Shown here: positions 22,511 through 35,691 of the stretch, one piece after another
Layout: the number at the start of each line of letters is the position of its first letter
How positions within the stretch are numbered: position 1 is the first letter of the stretch
Assembly (NCBI GenBank): GCA_010093815.1
Contig: ML996583.1
Length of the DNA stretch: 64,000 nt
Source of the DNA: Pseudovirgaria hyperparasitica
Lineage: Eukaryota
Direction: 5' to 3' (one strand)
Made by a program: the position numbers and the translations under genes
The notes under the pieces: generated by a model
What the model saw: the letters and a program-made list of their open reading frames with translations, nothing else
The model's database searches: none
What the model was told of the DNA's origin: nothing

Positions 22511-23483
22511 GGGTGGAATAGTTGCCATACGTGAGAGTGGTGGGCCAATAGGGGGACACAGGGGTCTGTGGGCGGAGCTCAGGTCCGGTCAACTGGCAGG
22601 CCGACGTGAAGTGAGGCTGCTTGACACTGTTCAAGCGGTGAAAGGTGTGATCACTGGACAGTGTGAATGATAATACTAGGTCTTATACTTACCACGACCA
22701 ACTTTGCATCTGCCTTCAGAGTATACTCAGTTGCATAATATACATCCGAGGGTTCCATAGAACAAAGAAGGACAGCACTCATGGACCGCGATACAGCATC
22801 TTATTCTACTTATGCAGATTTCTAAGACGAAACGTTCCACGCCGCAATGGTTGTATTGGGAGTCAAGGGTTAGGACTTCCAATAAACATAATCGACATAT
22901 AACGACGATACTGGCCGCGTACACTGTACTTCCCAGACTTCAGCATGGCAATACATAGACCTACCTCCAATCATACCCTTCTCGAAAGCACGACGATGGG
23001 TTTTGAGTTTTAAGACCAGGCTAACACAGTCCAGCACATGACACTTTCAGTGTCGAGCGACTGAACGGCGAAAGAAACATGGAGACTGGTCAGGGGGGAT
23101 TCGAACATTATGGGACTGAGACTCCTTCTGCCAGTGAGTTCTTACGAAGCGAATTTCTTGTGTCAAGTCAATATGGAAAGCTCCCAACAGTATAACATCA
23201 AGTACATGTCTTAGTCAAGAGCTTAAGAATCAGTGCGAGCGACTAGCGTTGTTGACGCATAGTTGTGTAAATATCACGCATGATAACCTCACACTTGTTT
23301 CTTTCCCTTATGTGTCTTATCATTTCGTCTCTCATTACGATCGAAAACGATGCATTCTGCGCACTGTAGAGACATGTATACCCGAATTTTACGTATGGCT
23401 TCGTTGCTTTCGTCATGTACAAGACTTCTATACCTTTTTCATTGGATTCCACGCTAATAGTCACAGTTATACAGCTTTCCTCT

Positions 23484-24844
23484 TTACTGTTGTACAGCTT
23501 TATCCGCTAGCTTCAGCTTCTCTATTGCTTCGCTTGAGTCCTTGCCCAGATTGACAGCGTCCTTGGCCTCGGGATTGCCTTCCACCGAGCCATCGGGCTG
23601 CGCTTGCACGTTCTTTGCCGCACCTGCACCAGGGTGCCTGCTACCCTTGTCCTTGACCTTCTTCTTCTTCTCGACGACAGGGGGCGGAGGGTAGGCCTTC
23701 TTCTCGATCTCTTGCCATTCTTTGCTGGCTTGGAATGCGGCTTGAATAGGCTCCAGGAGGGCGAGGAGAGCGTTCGTCAGTGCGGGCTTCAGAGTCTGTG
23801 GGGAGAGCTGGGAACGTCAATTGGAATTTCCAGCATACACTCAAGGGCATGTATACGTACGACATCATTCCTGTAATCCTCTTTCATCTTCACAATATCC
23901 TCGTATACCAACGTCTCCGCATCCTTTCTCTCAACCTCAAATCTAGGCTTCCCATGCTTTAGCCGACTCGCCGGCAACAGGACATATTCGACGAAACTCA
24001 ACAGCCCATTCTCTTCCACCACCTTCGGCGCCGCCTGTGCTTTTTTGACCTTCTTCCGTACCGCGTCTGCTATGTCCAGCAAGTCAATCTTACTATCCGG
24101 GTCACTCGCGCTCATCTTGCCCCCCTGCAGCCCCGGTACCATCGGGTTCATCAAATGTGCGCGCTCCCGGTATCCAATCTTCGGCAGCACCTCTTTCGCC
24201 AGCGCAAAAATCTTTCTCTGATCTACACCGCCAAACTGCGCGTCAACGCCTAGGTTCTCCTCGTCCAGGGCCTGCATCAGCGGATAAATCAGCCCACTCA
24301 GAGTTGCGTTATCGACCTGCTTTACGACCTCGGCGCCGGCCTTTTTCGCATCGTGCTCAGTAACGACAGACGACAACTTGAAGAGGTCCATTGTGTATTT
24401 TGGAGTGAGTTGGTAGGAAGATCCGAGGACGAAGACGAGTTTTTCGATGGGCACGTTTATGGCTTTGAGCAGTTCTGTGATGACGAAACGGTAGTATTCG
24501 GCGCGGAATTGCACGAGCTCGATGGGAGCTTTGAGATTGTCAAGGAAGCCATGGATATCGGCAAGAAGGATTTTGACTTTGCAGCCGGCTTGGAGGAATT
24601 GGGCTATCTTCATGATGGGCACGAAGTAGCCACAGTGAGGGCGCCCAGTTGTTGCGGTGCCTGTGGGCAACGATCAGTCGTTTGATGTGAGCTGAGGGTG
24701 TTGGTTTGAGACGTTACCCCAGTAGATCTCGAGAGCTCGGTTTTGCTTGACCATTACATCTTCTATGATTTCTTCATTCAGGACTTCTTGAAGGTTTTCC
24801 TTTATGAGGGCCAGCCTGCCCTCATAGGTTGTTGGCTCCTCCAT
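23484..24844 (-). CDS. TYS1: Tyrosyl-tRNA synthetase, cytoplasmic; 3 exons
   Basis: Spliced IYWG|TATTGRPHCGY (HIGH-like), LIYPLMQALDEE, QFGGVDQRKIF and KMSAS (KMSKS-like). The last exon encodes LSPQTLKP...EWQEIEKKAYP...* with the stop at 23484. Confidence 0.95.
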
Positions 24845-25416
24845 ACTACGTCTTTCCCTCTATTTTGCGGCGTCAATTCAATTCAAGTAAAGAGATCAAG
24901 ATTTGTACGAGAAAAATGTGAATAATACGAAGCTTTGCGTGAGCCAATTGTAAGTTACAAATCCTAATCTTGTGACTCAAAATAAATGAAGCACAAGCCC
25001 CGCAGTCTGTCGCGCCACGCGGGGTGGAACGTGTGGCTAGAGTATTGCACGTGACGGTGCAAAGTGAACCATTTTGCGATTCAGATCTACCTGTATTGAA
25101 ACTAAAGATGAGAAATATGATTGTTACTATCTGCATCGTACGTCAACCGCTCACGTACTCTGCTAAATAAGGTTTTCAGGAGCGGATACAGCGCGCGCAT
25201 GCATATCTAGCTGATACAGAATGATTCTATAGTCTTACAGGGTCGTGGCGATGAAAGAGGGCATAGGAAGAGTATTTGAACACAAATACGGGAATGGATG
25301 CGCATGACTCCATGGTCCAGTGATGATGTGAGATTCCCGGTTGCTTGCTTGTAAATGTTGGGATCGAAAAGAACGCTCAACGGGGTATGCTAGTAAACTC
25401 CAAGATCAAAAGTGAC

Positions 25417-27243
25417 CTAAACTTCTCCCCATGCGCCGACACCGGGGCCACTGCCTACGGATCCACCGATATCCCAGTAGTTTCGACTACTGCCTCCGCT
25501 GAGAGAGCGTTTACTCTTCTTGGTGCTTTGACTTGCACAGCTACTCCCTGATCTGAGCCGGATTGGCTGAACACCTGCGGGGTGATAATGGTGTCTATGA
25601 AGTACATCTCTTCGCCTGATACCCGGGTTCGCTGCACCATTACTCTCACTGTTTCGGTTGACTAGAGGATGGTGTTGCCGAATGATAGCAGCTCGATGGG
25701 CAGGATTAGATTGTGATGTGGGGGTTCGAGATAGTATCGGCGAGCCAGCTCGGGCCGAAGAGATGTTGGAGTCGGGTGAGAAGCGTTTGATAAGGAACCG
25801 AAAAACCATCTTGGCATCAAGATCTCGCTCCCAATACTCCCGCTCCTGATGAAGGCGCGTGGACGGGTGAGCGGCAGCAGTAGGTGAAATGGGAATGGCT
25901 GAAGATACCGGGCCTTCTTCTTCTTCAATCCCCCAAAGGGATGCTTCGCTATATGCCGGGGTCTGTTGGCGTTGGGCGGCGGGTAACGTGGGTTTGAATT
26001 GGTTGGTGGAAGACAGTGGAAGGGAAGCGCGTCGAGATTCAGACACTATGGGACTTTCGGTCTGAGCTTCGGTATTGCTGACGGCTGGTCCTAGTTCTAG
26101 CCCGGCATAAGGTATGCTCTCTTGAGTGCGGAGATATGTGTTGAAAGCGCCAGGGTGTTCCGAGAGCTGGTGCACTAAGATACCAAGCTCACGGGCTATT
26201 CGTTCAAGTAGACGATGCTCCCACGACTTTGGGGCGGCAGACATCGCATCGTTCTCGGAGCCCTTGTCCATCTGCCTTTGAGCCTCGCTCAGTGTGATGT
26301 TGTTAGGAGTAGGGGTCGTAGACATATCTTCCTCTGGTAGCTCTTCTCCAAATATGACAGATAGAAGTGACTCATCAATCCCCATGAGATCACGAATGAC
26401 TCTTTGAGTGAACCGTTGAAGGAAGGACATCGAGTCTTCTTCCTGATGTGTGTGCTCTGAGGGTTGCTGTGTAGACTTTGCAGTGGCTTGTTTCGCAGCA
26501 TCCGTTTCAGTGGAGCCGTTCATTTGACTCTTGTCATCTCTTGTACTCATATGGCTCGACCTCCTCATCCTCCTGGTCTCCCGTTCGATTTCTTCCAATA
26601 ACGCCCTGCTCTGTTCCAACCTCCATCGTTCTATTCTCTGCATCTTCTCATCGTCCACATGAAACTCCTGCTGTTCTTCCAATGCATCTAGCCGTCGCTG
26701 CACGCTTGACCGCCGCCGCTGATGTCTTTTCGATGGAGTCACTCTCTCAAATTGTCGGATTTGATCTTGTAGTAGCGAAGAAGTCGCCGGAAAGGACCCA
26801 AGGCCGTCATGTGTAGGTAGCACTTGTGCGCTGCCTCCCAACCTTCGGCTGGCGTCCCCTGCATCTTCGTCGTGAAAAGCATGGAGACCGTCATCCAGGC
26901 TGTCGAGATCATGGTCGTCATCCTCCCTGTCTGAGCCTTCTGTGTGTTGATCGTCGTACTCGTCTTGCTGATCGGAGCGTGCTGCGGTATCTAAGCTGCC
27001 AAAGTCGCTCAGACGTGACAGTCCGGCGGTCCGAGTGCGGTCCGTCGATGTTGTGTGTGTATGTGCGATGGTACTCTCTGCTACAGGAGTGAATAGTACC
27101 CATTCTTCTGAATCCTCTAGGGCATGTTTGCGGAGAGGCGACGCAATCGGTCCCTGGTCGGCGGCCGACTGGGACTGTTGTGGTGCAGACGCGGGGAAGG
27201 ATAAGCGGGGCTGCGGCCGTGCCATGTGCTGTCGGAATGCCAT
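25417..27243 (-). CDS. Fungal hypothetical protein, 608 aa, largely low-complexity
   Basis: Long ATG ORF with conserved-looking islands (EEWVLF, LPTHDGLGSF, RIERWRLEQSRALLEEIERETRR, WEHRLLERIARELG, RNYWDIGGS). I could not recognise a function. Confidence 0.8.
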   Translation of the reverse strand: MAFRQHMARPQPRLSFPASAPQQSQSAADQGPIASPLRKHALEDSEEWVLFTPVAESTIAHTHTTSTDRTRTAGLSRLSDFGSLDTAARSDQQDEYDDQHTEGSDREDDDHDLDSLDDGLHAFHDEDAGDASRRLGGSAQVLPTHDGLGSFPATSSLLQDQIRQFERVTPSKRHQRRRSSVQRRLDALEEQQEFHVDDEKMQRIERWRLEQSRALLEEIERETRRMRRSSHMSTRDDKSQMNGSTETDAAKQATAKSTQQPSEHTHQEEDSMSFLQRFTQRVIRDLMGIDESLLSVIFGEELPEEDMSTTPTPNNITLSEAQRQMDKGSENDAMSAAPKSWEHRLLERIARELGILVHQLSEHPGAFNTYLRTQESIPYAGLELGPAVSNTEAQTESPIVSESRRASLPLSSTNQFKPTLPAAQRQQTPAYSEASLWGIEEEEGPVSSAIPISPTAAAHPSTRLHQEREYWERDLDAKMVFRFLIKRFSPDSNISSARAGSPILSRTPTSQSNPAHRAAIIRQHHPLVNRNSESNGAANPGIRRRDVLHRHHYHPAGVQPIRLRSGSSCASQSTKKSKRSLSGGSSRNYWDIGGSVGSGPGVGAWGEV

Positions 27244-28813
27244 GATGGTAGAACAATACTTAATCGAGGAGAATGCAGTAGGAGTTGCAGAGGAAGATGT
27301 GAGCGTGTGTATATACTGACACTGATGCTGACGTTTAGATGGCTAGACGGGCCGTTTGAGTAAGGCGTGGATGTCGGGACCTTATCTGAGATGCGATAGG
27401 GGACCCCCTGGACTGTGCTGCGGGCCAAGCGTAATGATGCGTTGGGGGTCTGACACAGAAAAGCGCCGTAGAGCTGCGAGAATGCTTTCGCGGCCACGAC
27501 TGGAACATATACAGCAACACAACGAAGGCTGGTAACGAGGTACCGTGTCGAAGGCAGAGATTGAGGGCGAGTCGAGGATGGCTGAGGTGAGGTGAGGCGA
27601 GTCGAGTCGAGTCGAGCACGTAATGAATGAGATTCCTTGTGTTGATGCTTGTACTCCAACGCTAAACCTGCTCCAGTGACTTACAAGTTGTAAGCGTCGG
27701 ACTCGTTGAATAATGCCCCACTGGGACTTTCCTAAAAGTCCCGCGTGTCTACTATTCGGACTGTTTCAAACAAATCTAACTACGTGTATCCGTAGGCGTG
27801 GAACTTACCTGAGCCGTAGATCATTCATAGACCAAGGAACCTTGGAAGCACTCGCGTGCACAGGGTCACGAGGCGGTCAACTTCTCAACAAATCAGAAGC
27901 ATACATCGCATTTAATATAGGGCCTCAGGCAGCCTCGAGCATCAACATTGACACATCGTGACGAGAACGACCTCTCAGAAAACAGTAGAACAATCTTGGA
28001 CCGGTGTGAAGGTCGCTGATCAGTGCATAGCAACGAGACATGATTTGACGAGAAGGGGCATATAAGATGATGGATAGTCCGAGTGTTGGATAGTCCGACA
28101 AGATCGCACCTACGCGAGCGGCGAGGCAGATAGATCCGTATCCATACGAAGATGAACCTAGAGTTGTCACTCCAATTCCAACCCTTTTGGATCAATACAT
28201 GGCCAGAGAATGACCGCACTCATAACCCCTTTCAGTCGAGGCTCCTGGAGCAGATTTTTCAACGTAAAACGCCGGGTCTTGCAGCGTGGGATTGGCTCAC
28301 TCAGCCAGCCAGCGGTCAGCATGCAGGGCTCACGCTGCAGACCGTCGATGTGGTAAAATTCTATTCCCGTCCGTTCCGGACTTCTATTTCGGGATACCTT
28401 CTTTCCACTAGGCACTGTTGACATTCGCCTTGCCATCCATATTCTTAATTCTTAAGCATGGTCGCACTGTCCGGCCACGAGACGGCCATGCGGTGAGTTG
28501 CTTCCTAAGCATAATTACTATCTATGGACGGCGTTGCGAGGCTTTTGCACAGACAGCATAGAAAGTGCAGGAACAAACTGCTTCAGAAGAATGCTTCAAT
28601 AATCGATGTGCATGATTTGCGAGGTTGTGTATCTGATTATGATCTCGCTACATGAATACCTAGAGACGACCCTCTGATCAGCTCATCAGAGGTGATGGAT
28701 TCTCAACATCAACCGCTGCCCGCCAACTTGCGCCTTGCTATGCTTCATACTACTACATCATACCTTCATCACTGATCAACCTGGAAGTGTATCATTGCAT
28801 TAATCGCACACTG

Positions 28814-31400
28814 TTACACGCGTCTAAAGAAGTAGATGTAGGCAAACTTCTTCATCTCCTCTGCATCCGCCCCTTTAGCGACCTTTTCATCATTGTACAG
28901 TACCCAAGAGGACTTGTTCTCCCCCGGTATCTCTTTGCGAACGAACGCTACGTAGTGCCCTGCATGGATCGACGACCCTTTGTGGCATACGATGGATTGC
29001 AGCTGGAAGTTGGCTGGAAGCGTGGCATTTCCAGGAACAACCCTTTCCTTGGTTCCATCTGGCCCTGCATTACTCTATAGTGATTGTCAGTGTCATGTGT
29101 TACGCGTGACCTACTTGTTTAGAAAATATTTCTCACCTGATCACCCGTGTCATCTCCGAAATCGCCGGCAGCGTCAGGATGACTGAACAGCCAGTCTACT
29201 GCACGTTCCATGTCACCTCCCGTCTCTTTCAATGCTTGTCGTGCTTGCGGTGCGTTGAAGCCCATTGCGCCCAGTGACTCAATCTTCTCAGGGTCGATGA
29301 CTGAGCCAGTCCCTGTGGCAGCTTCTGCTGCCGGTATGAGATCCATGGGCTCATCAATGTCTGGATCTTCCATGTGTGCGAAGAGCCAATTCATTGCAGC
29401 CTCCGCGTCGGAATTACCTGTAGCATGCAGTGCTTTGGCGCAACGAACCTCAGGGAATCCCATTGCCGACAGTGAGGCCATCGCTGCATTGTCAGGAACA
29501 AACTCTGGAGCGCTACCGCTGGCATTGCCCTCGGGGAGTAGCTCCTCTGTCGACTGTAGACCGTTCGATTTATAGGCATCTAAGGGGAACGAGTGGTCAT
29601 CCACGACCACCGGGACATCCTGCTTCGTAGGTACCCAGTTGACAATTTCGAATCGGCGAGCATTTATTGCAAGAACCTGCGGAAAGGTCTTGAAAAGACT
29701 TTGTTTAGTGAAGCCGTCTTTACTTCCACAGGATGCGCACGTCAATTCGACTACCTCGGGCGCTGTGAAGGTATCCAGGCATTCCTTGATGGAAACAGGC
29801 TCGAACTCTTCCCTGTCAACATCTTTGCCCTGGCTGTCTACGGCATCCATCTTAGTATCTCGTGGTATACGTCGAATGGGTACTGGTATTGAAATGTTTT
29901 CGTACTCTTCTGTCTGATACTTTACCCTTTTACAGGCCAGACACTGAAGCTTCTGCTCCATGGTGAACCGGAACGAATCCACGGGATCTTGAAAAGGTGC
30001 AACATGTTGCGTGCGAGAGATTTGTTTTAGCAGATGAAGAAGCAGCTCAAACGAATCTTGTTGTCTCATGGTGGAAAACTCCGCATGTCCGCGTCCGATG
30101 AGGTGTTTCAACATTGCTGGTGCTATGCCCTTCTGATGTGGTACTTCCGGACTCTGTTCCGAGACTGTGACGTCGCTGTCTGGCTTGGAATATCGGCCAG
30201 ATAGCAGACCGTCAGCGATTTTGCACAGTTGTGTTTCAAGGTCTTCAGCAGGGGTGGGTGTTGAGGGAGGCTTCTCGTGTGGGTGATAGAACCGTTTGTT
30301 GAACTCGGGCATGTCAAAAAGACATTGAAGAACACTAGCAAGATAGCAGCTGTTGCCCAGGTTCTTCAGTCCAGTGAATCCAGGGCCAAACAAAGGCGTC
30401 ATCTCTTTACCATCCTCCGTAGTCATCGAGAACTCCCATCGCAAATTCTGCTCTATCTGCATCTCTGTAAGACTCTTTTCAGTCTTCTGGCGGTCCTTAA
30501 TGTTGATGCCCCAGTGTGCGAGATGGTTCGGAAGCTCAGGATCTATCCGCTCATCATCGCAGGTGTAACAATATATATCAGCAGTCCCGTCGGCAGTGAG
30601 AGATCCAAGTTTCACTGCCACGGGATGTCCAGAAGTATCCTTATGGGCCAGACCGTGCGAATTTCCACCAATGCCACCGAATTGAGCGCGACCACACCCA
30701 AGGTTACCACATTGTAAGCAGAGCCATAGATTCTCTTTGAGATCGCACGCAGAACAGTGTCCAAGGTCGCCAGACTGGATCTGTCGTGCCGCTTCTTGCT
30801 CTAGACATAAGGTATGCTCACAAGCTGTGAGTTCTTGCTCCCAGGCTTTGACCTCCTCTTGCTTTGCGAATGTATTTGCCTTGAGTACTCCATCTACAAC
30901 CTGAGAGAGCTTCCCCAAGCTTGTATCCACGTCCTCGATGCCGCATTCATAACATTTCACTCTCGTAACAGTGTCGTAGCGGTCGTTCTCAGTCTCTGCA
31001 GCTATAGCTAACCTAGACATCTTTTGCGGAGGCTCATCTCGCTTTACAATCTTTCTTGTGCGCTTGATGTTTACGACTAGAGGATGTTTCGACGTTTCGC
31101 AGTGAAGACGAGCGTGCGACCGATCTGCAGTGCAACCGCCATTGTAGCAATATAAACAAACGTCCAGTCCGGTTGGGTCATCCTGGTGTAATACCACAGT
31201 CAGTTCAAATCTCCAAAGGATATCGTAAAGCTTCAGAGTACGTAGTCTTACGATAGAATCGAAGCATTGCGTACAATCTTCGCGATAAACGGACTGCGTT
31301 GGGCCAGGAGGACAAAGGTCTGGAACGCAGAATTAGCGACACCACTGCGCTTCATAGCTTTATGAAATGTACCAGGGGAATCGACGTGTTTGCACGCCAT
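28814..31400 (-). CDS. UBP14: Ubiquitin C-terminal hydrolase 14 (USP5/isopeptidase T family); 4 exons
   Basis: MACKHV start, ZnF-UBP domain (LWLCLQCGNLGCGR...HGLAH), Cys box GLKNLGNSCYLASVLQ and two UBA domains (MGFP..., MGFN...). The His box SIVCHKGSSIHAGHYVAF and WVLYNDEKV are in the last exon. Confidence 0.95.
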
Positions 31401-32111
31401 AGTTCTAGGAGAAAGGGGAGCTATGACGAAGATGCACAGTAACAATCACGGAACCCTTCTGTTCGCTCAAAATATCTGGCAGCTCTACGACGCGCTGGTT
31501 GCGTATCGATTAGCGAGGCGTGGGGCAAATCGCGGAGCTCCCGCGCATGGACAGAGGGGCACTTTGCTTGATCCACCAGCGTGAATACTGGATGGTATTG
31601 CGTGTGGTGAAGACAAAACACAAGACTGATTAATGCCCGCGGAATGGAGGGCAGTTTATTTTGCAAAGATGATATGTTAACTGTTCTTATGAACGAGCAA
31701 ATTGTTGGTTAAGGTAGTTTAATTTCAGGATTATGCTGCAAGGTTTAGATACAAAGAGCAAAGTCGCCCGGTTAGCGAAGAAGTCCGATTATTAGCAAGT
31801 GCGTAATCATCCGCAATCCGTCATAATCGTGAAATGTCGTCATGAAACGAAAAGAAAATAAGCAAGAAGAGGTACAGTAAAAAGAAACAGGCCACCCCAA
31901 TCATATATCAAAAGTGAACACCAATTTGATGTTCTTGGCTTCATGGACAAAATAGAAATAACCCTGTGCGCAAGGATCCAAGTCAGACGTCCCTTTGCTT
32001 TCGAATTACAATGATAGAAGCAAACCAGATGGCGCTAATATTCGCTGGTCATTCGTGGCTTTCGTCATAGTCATGAAGTATCTCAAAAGCGCCAGACTAT
32101 AGTGGTAATAG

Positions 32112-32156
32112 AAGAAATGAAAGAAATGAAAGAAATGAAAGAAATGAAAGAAATGA
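32112..32156. repeat. 9-bp tandem repeat (AAGAAATGA)5
   Basis: Five perfect copies, downstream of the stop of the 32284-34155 gene. Confidence 0.95.
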
Positions 32157-32283
32157 AAATGCTGTCGAAGCAAAGGCTGCTTACTATGTGCAGTCATTGT
32201 GAGTGGCTATGCGGACCCATGGGACAATTTTAGATGCATCAAGACGCCGTAAATGCGATTTTCCTCGTGAGACTAGAGGATAT

Positions 32284-34155
32284 CTATCTTATGTTGCCGA
32301 GGCGATCCTCGAAAGAAGTTGTTGGCTCAAAAAGCTGAGAGGTAAGGTTCCTTCTCGGGAATGTGTTGAAATGAACATTGCTAGACCTCCCTCCGAACGG
32401 AGATCCTAGTCGGATGGTAGCGGGATGTTGGGGCATCGAGGAGTTTGATATTTCCTGTGGGGTAATAGCTTGCCAAAACGTGGTTTCGAGTGTCCGTTGT
32501 AAAGGTGGTGGTGGGGTAAATAAGGAGGAGAGATGCCGTCCGTCGCTCATGTCACCAAGACTGAAGCCCCGACTTCGAATACGACGATGACTGATCTCAG
32601 CAGGAGTGCCGAACAGCTCCTGGAGGACGATTTCACGATGTGGTGAGGTTGCGTTGTCGAGTTGATTTTGAGCTCGACGCTTGAATGAGCGATTGAGGGA
32701 AATAGGAGCCCGTACATCTAGAGGCGGCCCGAATGTAGAACCATTGTTCTTGTTGCGACGGTACGAAGTGCTGCGGCGTCCTGAGCGCTGTGCACGTTCA
32801 TGGAACGGAGAGCGGAGAGATCGTTGGTTGCTCGTTGTTGAAAGGCTGTGGTCGATCTGTGAACCTATATGCAGAGACTGGCTTTTCTGATGAGAGACTG
32901 AAGGCCGAGCCACAGACTGACCGAAAGATTCTTCGGAGCGAGATGCACCAGCGTGATCTTCGGTACCAAGTTGAGAAAGTGGATTGCCCAACTGCATCGA
33001 GGACGCGGTGCTTGCAACGAGCGAGACATTCATGTCACGAGCGAAGGATGTTGACACATCTTGTACAGGAGGAGTTCCACGGCCTGAATTGGGTTGTAAA
33101 CTCGTCTGGCGCGAGGACGGGAAAGGCGAAGGGGTCCGGCAATTGACGAGACGAGTGTAATGCGCTGAAAGTGTTGGCTTACTCTTCGTCAGCTCTCGCA
33201 ATCTGTTCCTGGCGATGCCATTCTCCCGCGGCCAATTTCCGATAGGCTTGTTGGTCGAAGGGCAGGTGGTGGGAGTGCTACTGCCACTTTTAGCCGCTAG
33301 AGACGAACCGAGAGGTTGAGGCTTGTGGAATATTCCCTTCCGCAGGGACGACAAGCGAGTGCCTTTCCAGGTTTTCTTTGCCTCCCGAGCGACACGTGTG
33401 CAGACTCCAAGAGGAGGCGCAACGCTTGGAAGCATCTTAAAAGGTGTAACGGTTGGGTCTTGCAGATATCGCATATATGTCAACCAAAGATGTCGATCCA
33501 TATCCTCCGTAAAGATATGCTTCGGTGCCTTGCGCTTTGGGGCACGCGAGTAATTGGATTGGGGGTTGGCCGATGAATCTAGAGGTGTGGTGCTGTAAGA
33601 GAAAAACGGATCCGCGCAGTCGTCCTCGGGGCTCGTACAGCTGTCGCCAAATGAGAGTGAAGAAAAAGACGAGGAGTCGGAAAATCCTGAGCACGAGGAC
33701 GACGGCCGACTGATACTCTCTCCTTGACTCATGGAATCGCTCTCCGCCCATTCGCAAGCTGCACCATAGCTCAGAAACTCAGGCACCACCTGAGCCGCTG
33801 GCGTCTTTGGGGGCGAGGTGAAGCGGTGATAGATGGCATCCGGTTGAAGGTAGCCTGCTATAAGTTCCGGCCGATCAATGTTAGAGAAAGATGAGCCAGC
33901 AGGAACTTCGGTGGTCTCGATGCTGGGAATTGGAACATCGTGCGAGATAGCATTGACATCGTAGCTTGGAAGATTGGAACGAATGGGTCGCTTGCGAGTA
34001 ATTTTGAGTTTGGGCAATCGTGGAGGCTCATTCGCAGCTTCGGAGGACTGTTGCGGTTCCGGTGTCCTAGGTTGACCATCGGTATAATGGAACGTGAAGT
34101 TGCGCGGAAGTGTTCTTGGAAGTGGCATGGACATCTGGGCACGTTCAAAAGACAT
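32284..34155 (-). CDS. Fungal hypothetical Ser/Pro-rich protein, 623 aa
   Basis: Long ATG ORF with one globular-looking segment (FTEDMDRHLWLTYMRYLQDPTVTPFK...PPLGVCTRVAREAKKTW) and many SP/TP sites. Confidence 0.8.
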   Translation of the reverse strand: MSFERAQMSMPLPRTLPRNFTFHYTDGQPRTPEPQQSSEAANEPPRLPKLKITRKRPIRSNLPSYDVNAISHDVPIPSIETTEVPAGSSFSNIDRPELIAGYLQPDAIYHRFTSPPKTPAAQVVPEFLSYGAACEWAESDSMSQGESISRPSSSCSGFSDSSSFSSLSFGDSCTSPEDDCADPFFSYSTTPLDSSANPQSNYSRAPKRKAPKHIFTEDMDRHLWLTYMRYLQDPTVTPFKMLPSVAPPLGVCTRVAREAKKTWKGTRLSSLRKGIFHKPQPLGSSLAAKSGSSTPTTCPSTNKPIGNWPRENGIARNRLRELTKSKPTLSAHYTRLVNCRTPSPFPSSRQTSLQPNSGRGTPPVQDVSTSFARDMNVSLVASTASSMQLGNPLSQLGTEDHAGASRSEESFGQSVARPSVSHQKSQSLHIGSQIDHSLSTTSNQRSLRSPFHERAQRSGRRSTSYRRNKNNGSTFGPPLDVRAPISLNRSFKRRAQNQLDNATSPHREIVLQELFGTPAEISHRRIRSRGFSLGDMSDGRHLSSLFTPPPPLQRTLETTFWQAITPQEISNSSMPQHPATIRLGSPFGGRSSNVHFNTFPRRNLTSQLFEPTTSFEDRLGNIR

Positions 34156-35648
34156 TGTGAGAGGTGTGGAGAGTTGGTCGGAGAATTGTGATCTGCGGAA
34201 GTGATTGATCGGACCTGATGCAAGACGCTCGTCCCCGGATGTTTATCGGACTCTTGATTGTTTGTTTGTTTACCGTTTGGTCCGATATATAGCCGTTCGA
34301 AGAGCGAAGTGGCCCTGCGACTGGTATGGTAGTGGGATTGTGTAGTGTTGGGAGAAGAACAAAGGGAAGTCGATGTGGTGGCTGGGCGTTGAAAGCGGAT
34401 TCAGTAGGCAGCAGCCAATATTGGACTGGCGCGCACGTCGTTTGCTATGGCCGAGAGATGGAGGTGTATCGTGGGTAGTCGAGAGGTGGTAGTCAGGTTG
34501 CTTCTCAAGAATTCATGTCGTCAAACGGTATCGGATTGCTCAACTGTAAAGGGAACCGGGCAGAGCAAGACGATCGATGGAGGCGGGACGTGTTGGCGCG
34601 AGACCAGAGCAAGACAGATCGCGCGAGGTTGACAATACAGCTCTATCGTGACATGATCAAGAGCAATATGGAGGTTGCAACGGGCCTTCTCTTGGAGAGG
34701 GGCGGTGGGCCGTCTGGAGGTGGATGTAGGAGAGAGGAGGCTGGACGGGGCAGATGGTGGTGGAAAGTTGTGAGGTTTGTGAGGGAGGGAACGAGCGACG
34801 AGGCGAGCAAAGGAATGCGGGAGCAGTAGCGGAGCCGCTAGCCCACAGACAGACCTAACTGGCCTACCCCTACCCCTACACCCAACTAACCACTTACACC
34901 GCTTAGTTAGCCGGCGCGCATGGACTCGGGCTACCTAAGTTATGTATGGCCTACCGCTACCGCTACCGCTACCTATCCAGGTGCTCTCTTGCTAACCGCA
35001 TCCATTTGCGACAAAACTCTTGTAATTCCAGTCGGCTCTGATACTCGCTGCTATGCGACCATGGGCATGGGGTGGCGCCGTTGAAGCCCCTGCAGCACAC
35101 AAGAGTGCCGCGCAAGGAAAGCCCAGCTGTGTCAAGGCTGGTTGTGTGAAGCTGTGCGTGCAAGACCCACGACTCCACGCAATGGCCGCGAGGGTACTCT
35201 CACCGCATCCAACACGATTCACACATTTCACGACAAAAGACGTTTGGATGTTTGGTTAAGGGTCCTTGATCTGGTCGTGGTCTGGTCCTGATCATGGTCC
35301 CACATCTTGCACTCGGTCCTCAACATGGTCCGCGTATGGATTATGGGATGCAGAGACTGCCAAAAGTCTCCACCTCAATGCTTCTCATTCCTCGTCGTCT
35401 TCAAGGTTCGACGCACGTCCGACTCTGCGTTGGACGGCTGGCTTGCACGTCCAATTGACCTCTGCCAGCATCACAGCACGCCCAGCATCGTGGGCAACAA
35501 GACTCGAAGACCTACCACATCTGTGTAACGTCGCCAGAAGTGCTAATCATGCAGCCGTTTCTGCCACCATTCGAGCTGCTTTGCTTGTCTCACAAGGGTC
35601 GCATCAAGTGAAGCCCATGAGGCGCGTCCGTCCATTCCGTATCCGGCT

Positions 35649-35691
35649 AGAATTGACGCGTCCACGCGTCAGTCTCGCGCGCGTCAATTCT
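35649..35691. promoter_or_regulatory. Perfect 12-bp inverted repeat enclosing two ACGCGT (MCB-type) sites
   Basis: AGAATTGACGCG (35649-35660) and CGCGTCAATTCT (35680-35691), with an inner TGACGCGT-CC-ACGCGTCA. A regulatory role is inference only. Confidence 0.4.

Noticed and set aside
21573..22670. ORFs 21573-21890, 22103-22339, 22167-22634 and 22317-22670 as intact genes
   Set aside because: They are translations of the repeat with non-ATG starts, and the frame is broken between units. I kept them only as a relic hypothesis.
23090..23110. GTTCGAATCCC on the minus strand resembling a tRNA T-loop or B box
   Set aside because: The flanks do not form a T-stem or acceptor stem, and I could not build a cloverleaf.
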